DNA of 63,093 bases, the filler included, from Octopus bimaculoides (lineage: Eukaryota), in the NCBI RefSeq assembly GCF_001194135.2. It is 3 parts of 2 records of this genome, joined end to end, with 100 filler letters (N's around TTAATTAATTAA, not from the genome) between each part and the next. Parts side by side here need not be neighbours in the genome. Positions count along the whole stretch, not along the records: positions 26,330 to 54,139 come from NC_068990.1; positions 54,240 to 63,093 come from NC_068990.1; 1 more part is not named here. One strand, written 5' to 3'. The translations under genes were made by a program, and so were the position numbers. Numbering within the stretch: position 1 is the stretch's first letter; every line of letters starts with the position of its first letter. Positions 50,901 to 63,093 of the stretch are shown piece after piece. The notes below the pieces were generated by a model, which searched no databases, was not told the origin of the DNA, and saw only the letters and a program-made list of their open reading frames with translations.

Positions 50901-52913
50901 NNNNNNNNNNNNNNNNNNNNNNNNNNNNNNNNNNNNNNNNNNNNNNNNNNNNNNNNNNNNNNNNNNNNNNNNNNNNNNNNNNNNNNNNNNNNNNATATCA
51001 CATGATTTACTTTCTTTATTCTAACAATATGCTGCATTTTCATTGTAAGTCTGTTAATCACAATACCACTCCATATATCTTTAAACACAATTAATTGTTC
51101 CCCACCTTGTGAGTATCGCCCTGTATGTTTTTATTTCGTTATTTCTTACCTTCCAAAATGTGCCTATGCAAAATCATGCAAAAGTTTACATTTTGGTATC
51201 ACATTAAAAGCAAGAAATTAGATGATTTCGTCTTGAGTGGACAATGATTGGCCAAATCTGAAGCCTAATAAATGGTCAAATATGAGGCCCACGTGTGGGT
51301 ACAACGATCAGGCAGGTATGAGGAATGTAGGCCTTTTAAAGGGACATGAGCACATGTTTTCGAACATAGTGACTATATTCAAATAACTATGATGCTCGAG
51401 TTCTTATTCCGATTTAATTTATATTCACATTCATCACAATGAGGAAAGAGTCTCGACGATTAGCTCCGGTTCGTGAGCCGTTTTCAGTTTCATTATTCGT
51501 TAATATGATTTTATTCTAGCATTTATATTTAAACTGAAATATTAGAGCAGTTTGAATACTGTCACTTAACTTTGCAATATAGGTTCATGCATCCACTAAG
51601 CATATCATTTCAGGTCTTCAGTATAGGCTTATCATTTTCCATTCAAGAAGATGTTATAATTTAACTCGCTAGGTTTAAAGTGATGCTAAAATGAAACTAT
51701 TGCTTAATTTAAAAAGATTAGTTGCCGGGTATCCCCACACTATATGTAACATTTTGCATCAGTTCAGTACAACATTATCATGTCTTATTTTATATATAGC
51801 TCGTTCAACTGTTTGCTTCGGGGAAATAATATGCGTTCTCGCATTGCAATTATTATTATTTAAACCATTATTGCTTTCATTGGTTCACAAGCCCAAAAGT
51901 TTAGTTCTTGCTAATTTATGTAGCTTTAATTTATTCCACACTGCCACCATATATTTGCACACACATTCACACATACAATAATATGATCAAATAAATGCAC
52001 AAAAACACGTGTATTTATATATATATATATATATATATATGCATTATATATATATACAGGCATATACATGCATACATACATACATGTGTATATATATATA
52101 AACACTACTCTAAATACCAGAGGCTGTTTTGTTCGTTAAATGTTTTGCAGCAGTAGTTAAAATTATACTGCTATCCCTTCATCCATACACATACATATAA
52201 ATACATTCAGACCAGACACATAAATTTATATATACATATACTGTATACATATATATACACATACATATGCATTTTCATCTGTCATGAAACCATTCACATG
52301 AAATCGTATTTTTTATATCAAAACCATTTTCACATTGCTTTTCCTGTTTCACACACATTCATTGCAGTCTCGATTAAGTTGCAAATGATCGTGATTACAC
52401 TTTTTTTTTTAATTAATATTTGTTTTAATTCTCAAAGAATATATTTCTCTATCACAACTGTATCTCAAATTTCAGTGGCTTTCTTTCCCATAAGAGATCA
52501 AAATACAAAATCCTTTTTCATGATTTTTACTTCAACCTTTTCAAAGCATATCAGAGCTGTGTCAATATTATCACACACTCCCCTGAAAAAAAATGCCGTA
52601 GTTTGGATGTAAAAATTCCATACTCAATCCTTCCATTGACATATTCTCTTCTACTTTTCTTAAAGTTGAAATTTCATGTGATTATCACAAAAATTCATAT
52701 TATTTTTCACCATAGAAAACTCATAAAGAAGGATATAATGATATAAGTGATCAATGAACAGATGAGTGATGGTAAACGTTAGGAGATGATATTCAAAGGG
52801 CTACTATAGCATTGACTATGCCCACAGATTAAGAAAACATTTAACTCAGTCAACGCGCACACACGTAAACAGACACACACACACTAACATTTTAATACAT
52901 ACAAATACATATT

Positions 52914-52946
<33 letters not shown>

Positions 52947-54047
52947 AATACAGTTACACATCTATATATGTATATATATATATANNNNNNNNNNNNNNNN
53001 NNNNNNNNNNNNNNNNNNNNNNNNNNNNNNNNNNNNNNNNNNNNNNNNNNNNNNNNNNNNNNNNNNNNNNNNNNNNNNNNNNNNNNNNNNNNNNNNNNNN
53101 NNNNNNNNNNNNNNNNNNNNNNNNNNNNNNNNNNNNNNNNNNNNNNNNNNNNNNNNNNNNNNNNNNNNNNNNNNNNNNNNNNNNNNNNNNNNNNNNNNNT
53201 ATATATATCAATCGGTATACACTTGTAAGCAATATTTTAAAATTTTAATTAAAATTGTGAAAATTTTTTCAACAATCGAACTACGTTTATGAATACAAAC
53301 GTTTTGTAATTCAAATCCTGTGTGGGCTGTACTTTCGTTGATTTTGTTTTTCGAATATATTGCTTATATATATGCCGTCTGCATAAATCTTCACTGTCGC
53401 TCACTGACACGCACCAACAAATACAGATTATATACGTATGTATTTTAAGGGCACTAGTATCCGTATAGCAATACACCAGATTAAATAGTATTAAATCAAA
53501 TATTTGTTCATATTTCAATAGAAAAACTAATTACTTTGTTGAACGAGCTATGATGATAAGGATAAGGCAATAGAATTAGATAAAAAAATTATTGTGTGTA
53601 ATAGCAATTGAATATTCTTAATATTTTTATATATTAGTATTAAATATGTAAATGCAAACATGAGAGAAAAACTTAATGAAAATAGCTATTTTGATAGAAA
53701 GAACAAAATTGAAATTTTCAAGAGGCAATAAGTTTGTTTTAAAATTATTCTTCAAACTAAATAAGCATGAATGCATGTCTTCATATACTTGCCATATATC
53801 TCTTGAAAAATTCAGTTTTATTTCTTGAAATAAGGAACAAGTATTAAAAAATGCATTCTATGTAGAAATTCTTCTCCCAATCTTTTTGCATCACGAAAAC
53901 GTCGACATGTTTTTTTCTGAGAGCACGCTATGGAATTTTATTAACTACTGAACACAACCAAGATAGATTCTATTCATAACACTATATGAGAGTGTATCTA
54001 TACATATAGATATATATAAATACATATACATACAAATGTACATCATA

Positions 54048-54078
<31 letters not shown>

Positions 54079-54100
54079 GAAAATTGTACATATGTAAATA

Positions 54101-54139
<39 letters not shown>

Positions 54140-54239
54140 NNNNNNNNNNNNNNNNNNNNNNNNNNNNNNNNNNNNNNNNNNNNTTAATTAATTAANNNNN
54201 NNNNNNNNNNNNNNNNNNNNNNNNNNNNNNNNNNNNNNN
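54140..54239. other. Artificial scaffold-join spacer (N44-TTAATTAATTAA-N44)
   Basis: Same construct as 26230-26330. Confidence 0.9.
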
Positions 54240-54380
54240 CTCTCTCTCTCTCTCTCTCCATGTATGTGTGCATGTATGTATGTATGTATGTATGTATGTA
54301 TGTATGTATCTATCTATCTATCTATGTATCTATGTATCTATGTATATATGTATCTATCTATCCATCCATCTATCTATCTG

Positions 54381-54434
<54 letters not shown>

Positions 54435-54482
54435 CAACTATCTTTCTATATATCTGTCTGTCTATCTGTCTGTTTGTCTGTC
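54240..54482. repeat. Compound (CT)n-(TATG)n-(TATC)n microsatellite
   Basis: Directly visible. Confidence 0.9.
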
Positions 54483-54739
54483 TATATCTTTCTTCCCCAT
54501 ACACATACAGCGACACACTCACGCACAGACAAACAGACAAACACCATCACCACCACTCCACACACAAAGTTATAGACATTTTCCAATAGTAATATAATTC
54601 CTAGCACTGCAGGTTAAGAATTTCTTGAAATTATCCACAGTACCAGGCTGAAAGTCAACTGAACAGACCAGCCAATTGATTTTCATCATTTCTTATATCT
54701 CTTTGAGTATGTTGTCGATCTTCCAATCATTATCCCTGT

Positions 54740-55258
54740 ATAGAACGCCATAGCGGAACAGGTACTGACTGCATTACCCGACCGGCAGAGGCACTGAATG
54801 CCTCACACTACTCGAAGTGCCAGACACCCTGCCTCCAGCTATGCTTCATCCTGTACTGCAACTATGTCTAAGAAAAGAACTGCAGAAAAGCGCGTCTAAC
54901 AAACGGCGACTACACCTGCTTACTGTCAAAGAAAAGCTTGAGAGGCCGTAGCTTCAGCACATGCCTGCTCGGTAAACCCAGTCCCCCATGCAGCGGATGC
55001 TAACTGCTAATGGCCCTTCCGGCAAGCGGGACGCATCTCTTCCCCACAAATCGGAAAACAAGCATTCCATTCTGTAGATAATGGACGCGATGTAAGCATT
55101 TGCCCTCTCCGGCGATACTGACTGCAAATGGACCTTCTAGTAAGGGGCTCGTGTCCCTTTCTCTAAGATCGGAAGAACAAGCGTTCCATTCTTGTTAGCC
55201 ATGAAGCAGAGGTAGATACTACGATCAGGCAGGAGTAGTTGATAGATGCGATGTAGGG
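54740..55258 (+). mobile_element. GC-richer repeat with ~118-bp internal duplication, possibly a Helitron-derived remnant
   Basis: 55003-55073 and 55121-55192 are colinear (actgc.aatgg.ccttc...caagc.ttccattct). The Helitron assignment is recall and inference only. Confidence 0.35.
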
Positions 55259-55282
55259 TTAGAGTTATGAGTATTTTTGCCA

Positions 55283-55417
55283 TAACCTAACTCATAACCC
55301 TAACCCTAACCCTAACCCTAACCCTAAACCTAAAACCCTAACCCTAACCCTAAAACCCTAACCCACACCCTAACTCTAAAACCCGAACCCTAACACTAAA
55401 ACCCTAAAGCTAAAACC
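55283..55417. repeat. Interstitial telomere-like (CCCTAA)n array, degenerate
   Basis: A run of taaccc units with variants (taaaaccc, taactc, gaaccc). Confidence 0.9.
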
Positions 55418-55726
55418 AGTACAAACGCACGAACGATGTCATAAATAACAGTACCGCCGATAGTTGTTGTTGACAAACAACGGCACTAATTTTATTCAAG
55501 GGAAAAGATCCCATTACAGCGCACAACGTGTGGTATTCACAATTCACAACAGTAATATTAGTGTGTCAATCAAAAGAATGATGTGTGTCAAGACCTATTC
55601 TGCAGTTAATACATTTTCGATCATGGAGTACAATTTTCAAATATTAATTATAATAGAGGGTAAAAAAATCATTAATGATTTTTACCCTTTATTATAATTA
55701 TTATCATTATTATTATTATTATTATC

Positions 55727-55766
<40 letters not shown>

Positions 55767-55769
<3 letters not shown>

Positions 55770-55930
55770 CGGGCTTCTACGCACTTTTGAGCTGCCAAAT
55801 GCATACAGAAGGCATTATTTAATCGAGGGTTATTTGAGAAGAATCTTGCCTAAGGTGCCGCACAGTGGGACTTAACGTAAACCACTCGAATGCAATGCGA
55901 GGTTCTTAACCACATAGCTATGCCTGCACC
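55767..55930 (-). mobile_element. Degenerate 5' half of family B SINE
   Basis: gacgggcttct...cctaaggtgccgcacagtgggac...accacatagctatgcctgcacc is the reverse complement of the family B head. Confidence 0.65.
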
Positions 55931-56124
55931 GGCTATATTCGCGATATTTTCTGTATTCTTGAATCGTCACACAAACGAGTGGTTAATTGTCTAATCGATT
56001 CTGTATTATGGAAAGTAACATGGACCACAGCAGGAGTTGAACTTTAATCGTAGAAGAGATTACAAGTTCTTTCCTACTTCTTTAACACCATCTGGTATCT
56101 TTAACAACAATATCATTATATCAC

Positions 56125-56300
56125 TTACAAAGAAAACATCATATAAAGTTTATGAAAACCACTTCTATTTAGATAAATACACTTTCGACCAGAAGAAATG
56201 CCAAGGGCTTCGATAACACAGCTATTGATGTCTTCTGTCGAAATAATAACAGTAAGGGTGAATCTGTTTAAGATATTTGGTTTGTAATAGTTGTAGTCGG
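56125..56300 (-). mobile_element. Possible Penelope-like GIY-YIG C-terminal remnant
   Basis: FTLTVIIST..NS..IEALGI....YLNRSG resembles the PLE endonuclease end (F.IL...ILEAL.I...P.LN); weak. Confidence 0.3.
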
Positions 56301-57300
56301 AGAGTGTCGGTAGGTTTTTCGGAAAACTATGTCCCCCGCCACTGTATCTGTACACAAGTTTCAATTACTCGCCCGAAACTGCTTAACTTTCATGGCTAAA
56401 GATTCATTAGAAACGGATAGACGTGACAACTTTATACTCTTTATCGCTTTATAAATCTAATCCCTCGTGGCAAATCAGAAATCGTTCGTTTTTAAAACAA
56501 AAATAAAATGCTATGAAATAAATACTCTGTAGATTGAGACCTTGATCAGAATCAGATTTCCATTCGATAGTTGCACTTATCAAAGTTATGAATCTTCATG
56601 ACAATAATCCATGAATGTCACAACATCTCATTATATGTCAGACATTAAACAACGCTTAAAACCTTTATTGTGATATGAATTCTAGTTTTACTGATATTTC
56701 AGAACTGACCTGAGATTTAGTGTTCTTTCACAACCCTCCTCGTCGTTCTCATTGTTCTCTTTCCTTTCGGTTGTCTTTCTGTTTTCTTCCTTCTTTTCTT
56801 TCTTTCCTTGTTTATTTATTTCCCTCTTTCTTTCCAATGTCCGCTCTGTTTATTTAGCGGTTGTTTTCAAACCCAAAGCTCATAAGATCAAATTTCAAAG
56901 GAAATCTTTCCGGAAAGCGACGGCTTCAGAAACAGCATTGCTTGACCTAATAGTTCAAGGGTTGGGAATTGATCGGTTGGAGTCGCGTTTTGCCATTGTT
57001 CTCCTAAAATGATTTCAGTGAGATTCTATCACACATGCATCCTAAAGTAATATGAAAAGAATAGCGTGAAGTACATGAGAAACTGAACGGCGCCGACCGG
57101 CTAGAAGCTTTTGATCTTGCAAAGAATTTCTTTGACAGGCTATAAATCTGAAGAACCTATCTAACGTCTTACCAACACCTGCTCGATAAAGTGACTGGCG
57201 CTGCAATGATAAGAGGTAGATGACATCAGAACCGTAAATATGGACATACATATATAAACACAGACATGCGCGAGCAGAATCGTATATATCCTCACTAACA

Positions 57301-57339
<39 letters not shown>

Positions 57340-57363
57340 ACACGCGTGCACGCAGATGAATAT

Positions 57364-57417
<54 letters not shown>

Positions 57418-57430
57418 GTGTGTGTGTGTA

Positions 57431-57482
<52 letters not shown>

Positions 57483-58445
57483 TGCGTATAGATATATATG
57501 TTGCGGAGTGGTTATGTATATGCGCGTATGTATGTTTGTATGAATGTATCTATGTATATATATGTATNNNNNNNNNNNNNNNNNNNNNNNNNNNNNNNNN
57601 NNNNNNNNNNNNNNNNNNNNNNNNNNNNNNNNNNNNNNNNNNNNNNNNNNNNNNNNNNNNNNNNNNNNNNNNNNNNNNNNNNNNNNNNNNNNNNNNNNNN
57701 NNNNNNNNNNNNNNNNNNNNNNNNNNNNNNNNNNNNNNNNNNNNNNNNNNNNNNNNNNNNNNNNNNNNNNNNNNNNNNNNNNNNNNNNNNNNNNNNNNNN
57801 NNNNNNNNNNNNNNNNNNNNNNNNNNNNNNNNNNNNNNNNNNNNNNNNNNNNNNNNNNNNNNNNNNNNNNNNNNNNNNNNNNNNATATATATATATATAT
57901 ATATATATACACTCACAAATATTTATGCATTTATCTATATAAATTTACTTATGTATATATATATACATACATGTTTATGCTAAATTTATCAGTATCTACA
58001 TATATGTATATATGTGTGAACGTACATGCATTTCTGTATATGTGCATACATACACATACGTGCCTACATACTTACATACATGCATGCATACATACGTATA
58101 CATAAATACGTTCGTATATATACATGCAAATATGTATTATGATATATTTGTGCATGTTTATATGCGTGCCGTTGTTTGGGATTTTGTTATATCCTTATTT
58201 GTATGTCAGATGTTTTGTATACAAATAAATGTATAGATATATCTTTACAAATTACAGAGAAGTCCCGAAACTTTTAAGACAGGTTCTAATCAATATACGA
58301 CAAATTCATGGTATTCTCAAGTATAACTCGGGTACATGGCTTGAATGAAATAAATACAAAGAGTACAATGGTTAAATAGGTTTAGAAAATCAATTAACCT
58401 GGTAATATCTCATATTTACCGCATTTATCATCCCACGCCTTATAA

Positions 58446-58540
58446 CCACCATCACCACCACCACCATCACTACCACCACCACGACCACTACCACCAACAC
58501 CACCACCACCACCACCACCACCACCTTCCCCACCATCATC
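58446..58540. repeat. (CAC)n imperfect trinucleotide repeat
   Basis: Directly visible. Confidence 0.9.
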
Positions 58541-61349
58541 GTCGTCGTTGTCGGGTGAACCTTCAGGGAAAAAGACGGAAGCTGGTGTTATCCGAAGATG
58601 GAATCAAGTTGCAATCATTACTTTGGACTACCAAATCATCAGAAACAGAAGTTGCACTCGTAAAACTCCTACTCAACCCTTTTAATTCCTGATATCCCTT
58701 CTATTCTGTGTGAGTCGGACTTTGTCTTATATGTATATATATGTACATTTTCTGAATTAAATATATTTAATATTTTTTGTATATGGGGTTGCCTAACTTG
58801 CTTGTCCTTACATTTATATTATGTTATATTATGTTATATTACATTATATTATATCATATTATATTATATATATATATATATTGCTTTGGCATATCTGTAC
58901 TAATAACCTGTTCTTGGAACTCAATAAACATATGCTTCTCGACATAAATACCTTTGTACGAGTCTAAGTTTGTTGGTTACTGGCAATACACTTGGGCAAC
59001 TGTTGTGGTGATGATGGCTGGCTTTTACGGTAGAGATACATCTCTAAAATTGGCCTCCTATCTCTAGACAATAAGCCTGTCCTGTTCTTTAATTGCATAT
59101 AAGTTTGAAGACATCTTGAATCTAGAATTTAGCTCTCCTTCTAACGAGGTAATGGTCTTAATTGCCTTTTCGTAAATGAATCAATCTTTGGAGCTGGAAA
59201 CAATTTTAATTACTTGCGTTCCAACCTAGGTTGATGAAGCCGAGGCCTATGCTCAAGCAGCATTCTACTAACTCCACCAATCAACTCTTTTCAGCCAGAA
59301 CTAACTAAACGCTTTCTCGGCAGTTTCTACGTTATTCTTGAGGGCTGTCATTCTGCAATCCCCTGAAATGCCTAAAATTCCACTGGTCAACAGTACGACA
59401 TGCAAACGTTCCATTGCCAGAATCCACTGGTATTCATCTTATTCTACACCCATTCTTACAATAACTGTCCATCAATTCTTGGTACTTTGTTTTCATCCTC
59501 TCTTTAGCCTCTTCCAAGCTTACCTCCCAGGACACAGTTTTCTTCAGTTGAACGAACTGAATTGTTGCTCTAGAAACTAAGATGGAACCTAGTTTCAGCA
59601 AGATCTGAATGATTTACAACAGTTTAAGAAGACATACAGTTTTTTAACATTACATACACAAAAACAGACACGCGCATGCATACTATAAAAACGCACACAC
59701 ATGCATATATAATAAGCAAAATTTGTGACACAAACATTTATGCGCATATGTAGTACAGATGTAGTATACTGGATAAAATGTGATCATTTATGTTGATAAA
59801 AATGCGATCATTTGTATTGATAAACAGCATCAAGCCATTGGATTGGCAGAAGTATATTGTCATCGAACTGGATACCTTGCGTTATTTGTTCAGGATCTTT
59901 GCAATCACGTTATTGGCGCATTTGGGTACTAGACGTAAACCGTTGCCCGGTTTAAGATCACAACCAACTGGGACTTTGAGGACCTTTAGTGATGCCTGCT
60001 CTGTTGGAATCATCCAGTGTTTGAGGATACTTTACTCCCTCTCTTTCCACCAGCCTGAGATAAACCCTAAGCGGTTATAGGCCCTGCCATCACCCCCGTC
60101 TACTTTTACTTTACTTCCATTCGAGAAGGCATACAATGGTAAAAAAATAAAAGTCACTTGGCAACAACACAACTGGAGCATGTAGAAATAAAGCCTTTAA
60201 TCCTTTATTAAATGTGTATTTCTTCTCTTGGGGGATTCATTGCTATTAATCTTCTCCGTAATGACTTAGAATAAACAGTATACATCCACCATCAAAATGG
60301 GCTACACTAGAATTTATGATATTTTCCCCATTAAAAACCAATCAACACTGTGTTTTTTTACTATCGTAAAGTAAAATTGCAATTGATTTTCGGATACAGT
60401 TTCAAATTCCCATTTGGAAACCTTTTCCAGTTCACACTCTATAACAAAATAAAATCTTAACGATGCCTTATTTGGTTTAGATATCAACAATGACGGTAAT
60501 AAAATAAGCAATAATGACACGCAGATATTTGCTAGATATAACGTAGACGATATTAAAATTCATATTTTATCGTGTGATTACGATATAAAAAAAACACAAA
60601 CTTCTCTCTCATAAGAGTAAACAACCGGAGAGTTGAATATGCTTCGTAATATTTCTTCATGTGTTTTACATCCTGAATGTGTCGGTGGGTGTGTGGAAGA
60701 ATATAGTTATGATATATTGTAAAAGCATACCAGAATCAAAGCAACTGGATATCGCGTTTGTAATATACCATGTACTCTCTATAACAGTATATAGTGCATA
60801 CCAATGAAGGAGCCATAGTTCCTTTCATTGCAATCATGCTGGGATCCAGTTTTGAATGATTAAGTCAAAATAGCCGATCTCACTTCATTTTTTAAAAGTC
60901 TTGTTCTTATTCTATCGGTCCACTTTGCTGAACCGCTACATCAAAGGGAAGTAAACACGCACACACCGGTTGCTAATTAACAGAGGAAGAAACACGAAGA
61001 CGTGCACGAATACACACATACAACACACACACGTACTCTCTTTCTCTCTTACACGCGTATTTACTCTGTCTCTCTCTCCCTCTCTCACAAACATACACAC
61101 ATGGACACACATAGACGCAGACATTATCTCGTATACAAAGCATTGATTATTTCGGGTCTATATTATAAATCCCCTTGTCGAAGGGGAACTGAAGTGAGAT
61201 TAAAATCGAAACAGCGTGGTCAAGAAAAGAACTTCTTAAACACAAACTTATCTTATTTTTTTCTCAAACAAGAATGTATATTCGTATCAACCTATGTATG
61301 TATAATGATAATATTTTAAACACATGTAATTTTTTTATCAAGTTTGACT

Positions 61350-61415
61350 ACGGTAAAAACCTTGGTTCCCAACCACATGGTTTCTGGTTCAATCCCATTG
61401 CGTGGCACCTTGAAC
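61350..61415 (+). mobile_element. Short family B SINE head fragment
   Basis: cccaaccacatggtttctggttcaatcccattgcgtggcaccttg matches 13645-13690. Confidence 0.7.
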
Positions 61416-61490
61416 AATAGCTGATATTGAACAGTAACTGATATAGACGTTGTTTGGTTGATGTCATTAATCACGTTTTATATCGTAGAA

Positions 61491-61546
<56 letters not shown>

Positions 61547-63057
61547 CAGACAGATAAACAGAGACAAAGGAAGAAAGTGTGTGTGTGTGTGTGTGTGTGT
61601 GTTTTGTGGGCGAGAATAACGTAAGAGGTGCAGGAGACGTGTCTAATATCTTTCTGAGAGTTTACACTTTTTTGCAACGAAGTTTTGCAAAGGTTGTTTT
61701 TGCGACGGAATGAATTGCGATTATGTTGATGAAATTTAGGATAGCATATATTTATTGCGACTATATTAATGAGAAATTTTACTTTAATAATTTATTCAAG
61801 GTGATAAATGTTTTCTTTAGAAAATTAGTATTAATTTTATATTCTATATAAGAACGAAGAAAGTTTTAAAAAAGGTTAAATCATAATTAATATTTATATG
61901 CCATATTTCTTGATACAACAGATGGTGACAAATGTATACCTACAAAGTCAAACGTCATATGACGTAGAACATTCGAGTAATTTAATGTCAATCGTTCGAC
62001 TGCCTAGTACGTTGTCACTAGTTTCCTGAAAAATTTAATCCGATCTTCTTAGCCCTAATTACCACTGGCTGAAACAAAATAACTGTACTAATTACCTAAA
62101 ATTCACCACATATAGAGTCTGTGAAAATGTGAAGGACGCAGGCTTCACTACACAAAGGTAGTGCAATTGCTTCTCTGCTCCATCTTATGAAGGAACTGAT
62201 GTCCTCGTTCTCAGCATGAATGATTAAGTCCATAAGCAAAGAAGATCAGTATACAATGCTTCTTGAAATTCAGGTGAAGAAAAAGTAATATGATGCAATA
62301 AATTGAATTTAGTTAACTGTATAGGGTGCGACACAAAAATCTTTTTTACGTAGCCATTCTTGTGATGTAACGTTAGACAGATGGAAGCGGAGCCTTAATG
62401 TAGCTAAGGTTTATTTGCTATATTTTTTGGTATGCAATTACCATTATGTTTCGGGACGATGCAGAACATGCGTTTGTTCTTGAAATATTTATGAAGAATA
62501 GCGAATCTTCGAGTTTACTTTTGGCTGCACCATATAATGTTATATATGATCTATATATTCTATATTTCGTTCTAAAATCAGTAACGTCGTAATTTGCATA
62601 TAACATTTACATACCTATCCTTGCAGAAAATATTGGTGAGATTAATGGAATAACATTTTTCATCGCGACTTCGAGCAACGTGAAAGAATCTTACAAATGG
62701 TGAGTAACAACTACAAGCTTAGTATCAACTATCTGACTATATTTATCAATGGTATATCTTTAGTACTTATCAATCGTCACAGATCTTATAAAGAAAAGGA
62801 TAAACTGAATCCAGCAAATAATGGACATTTTATTATTTGGGATATTTTTTAAACATGCATAAACATATAATATATATGTATATATATATGTACATACCTA
62901 TATATGCACTGTTCTTGTTTTAGTTTATGCACTTTGTGTACATAAAATATCTTCCATAGATAGGTTTATAGATATTTCTTTTTACCCATGGTTTTACTCT
63001 CTGTCTCTGTCTCCCTCTATCGCTCTCTCTTTTTCGCTCTCTCACTTTCTCTCTATA

Positions 63058-63093
<36 letters not shown>

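Noticed and set aside
56860-57012. Long pyrimidine tract plus AG followed by an open frame (AVVFKPKAHKIKFQRKS...)
   Set aside because: Only superficial similarity to the lamin-tail start, no LTD motifs, and it lies beyond the second scaffold join.
59870-60080. Minus-strand frame loosely like the Pif1/Helitron helicase motif (LKV..P...NG.RL...NVIAKIL)
   Set aside because: Similarity too weak to support without an HMM search.

Overview
AT-rich, microsatellite- and SINE-dense cephalopod DNA, almost certainly Octopus, from a gappy assembly. Two artificial N-TTAATTAATTAA-N linkers (26230-26330, 54140-54239) split it into three blocks whose adjacency is not proven. The only host gene I can support is the 3' part of the cephalopod neurofilament (lamin-like intermediate filament) gene on the + strand. 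It comprises a 5'-truncated giant KSP-repeat exon (26333-29140, >=935 codons, NF220-type tail), a 113-nt exon (34320-34432, IGMKQIVEQVVG...YEATG) matching the post-rod segment I recall from squid NF60/NF70, and a short terminal exon (35290-35363, GVTSTTTQERRTMSEEKKVSSTKE*) matching the recalled NF60 C-terminus. The rod exons and the NF70 lamin-tail-domain exons are not visible. The most interesting candidate novelties are splicing options at this locus: an in-frame 51-nt cassette exon just after the rod (34148-34198), a tandem acceptor adding 7 aa, and a donor read-through stop. The rest is repeat-derived: a Penelope-like RT+GIY-YIG fossil, RTE, CR1/L2 and R4/Dong-type LINE fragments, several tRNA-derived SINE families, a 580-bp foldback element, a telomere-like repeat next to a tandemly duplicated GC-richer repeat, and two degenerate hammerhead-like motifs. 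I found no prokaryote-type system, CRISPR array, rRNA or bona fide tRNA. Squid protein comparisons are from memory and need BLAST confirmation.
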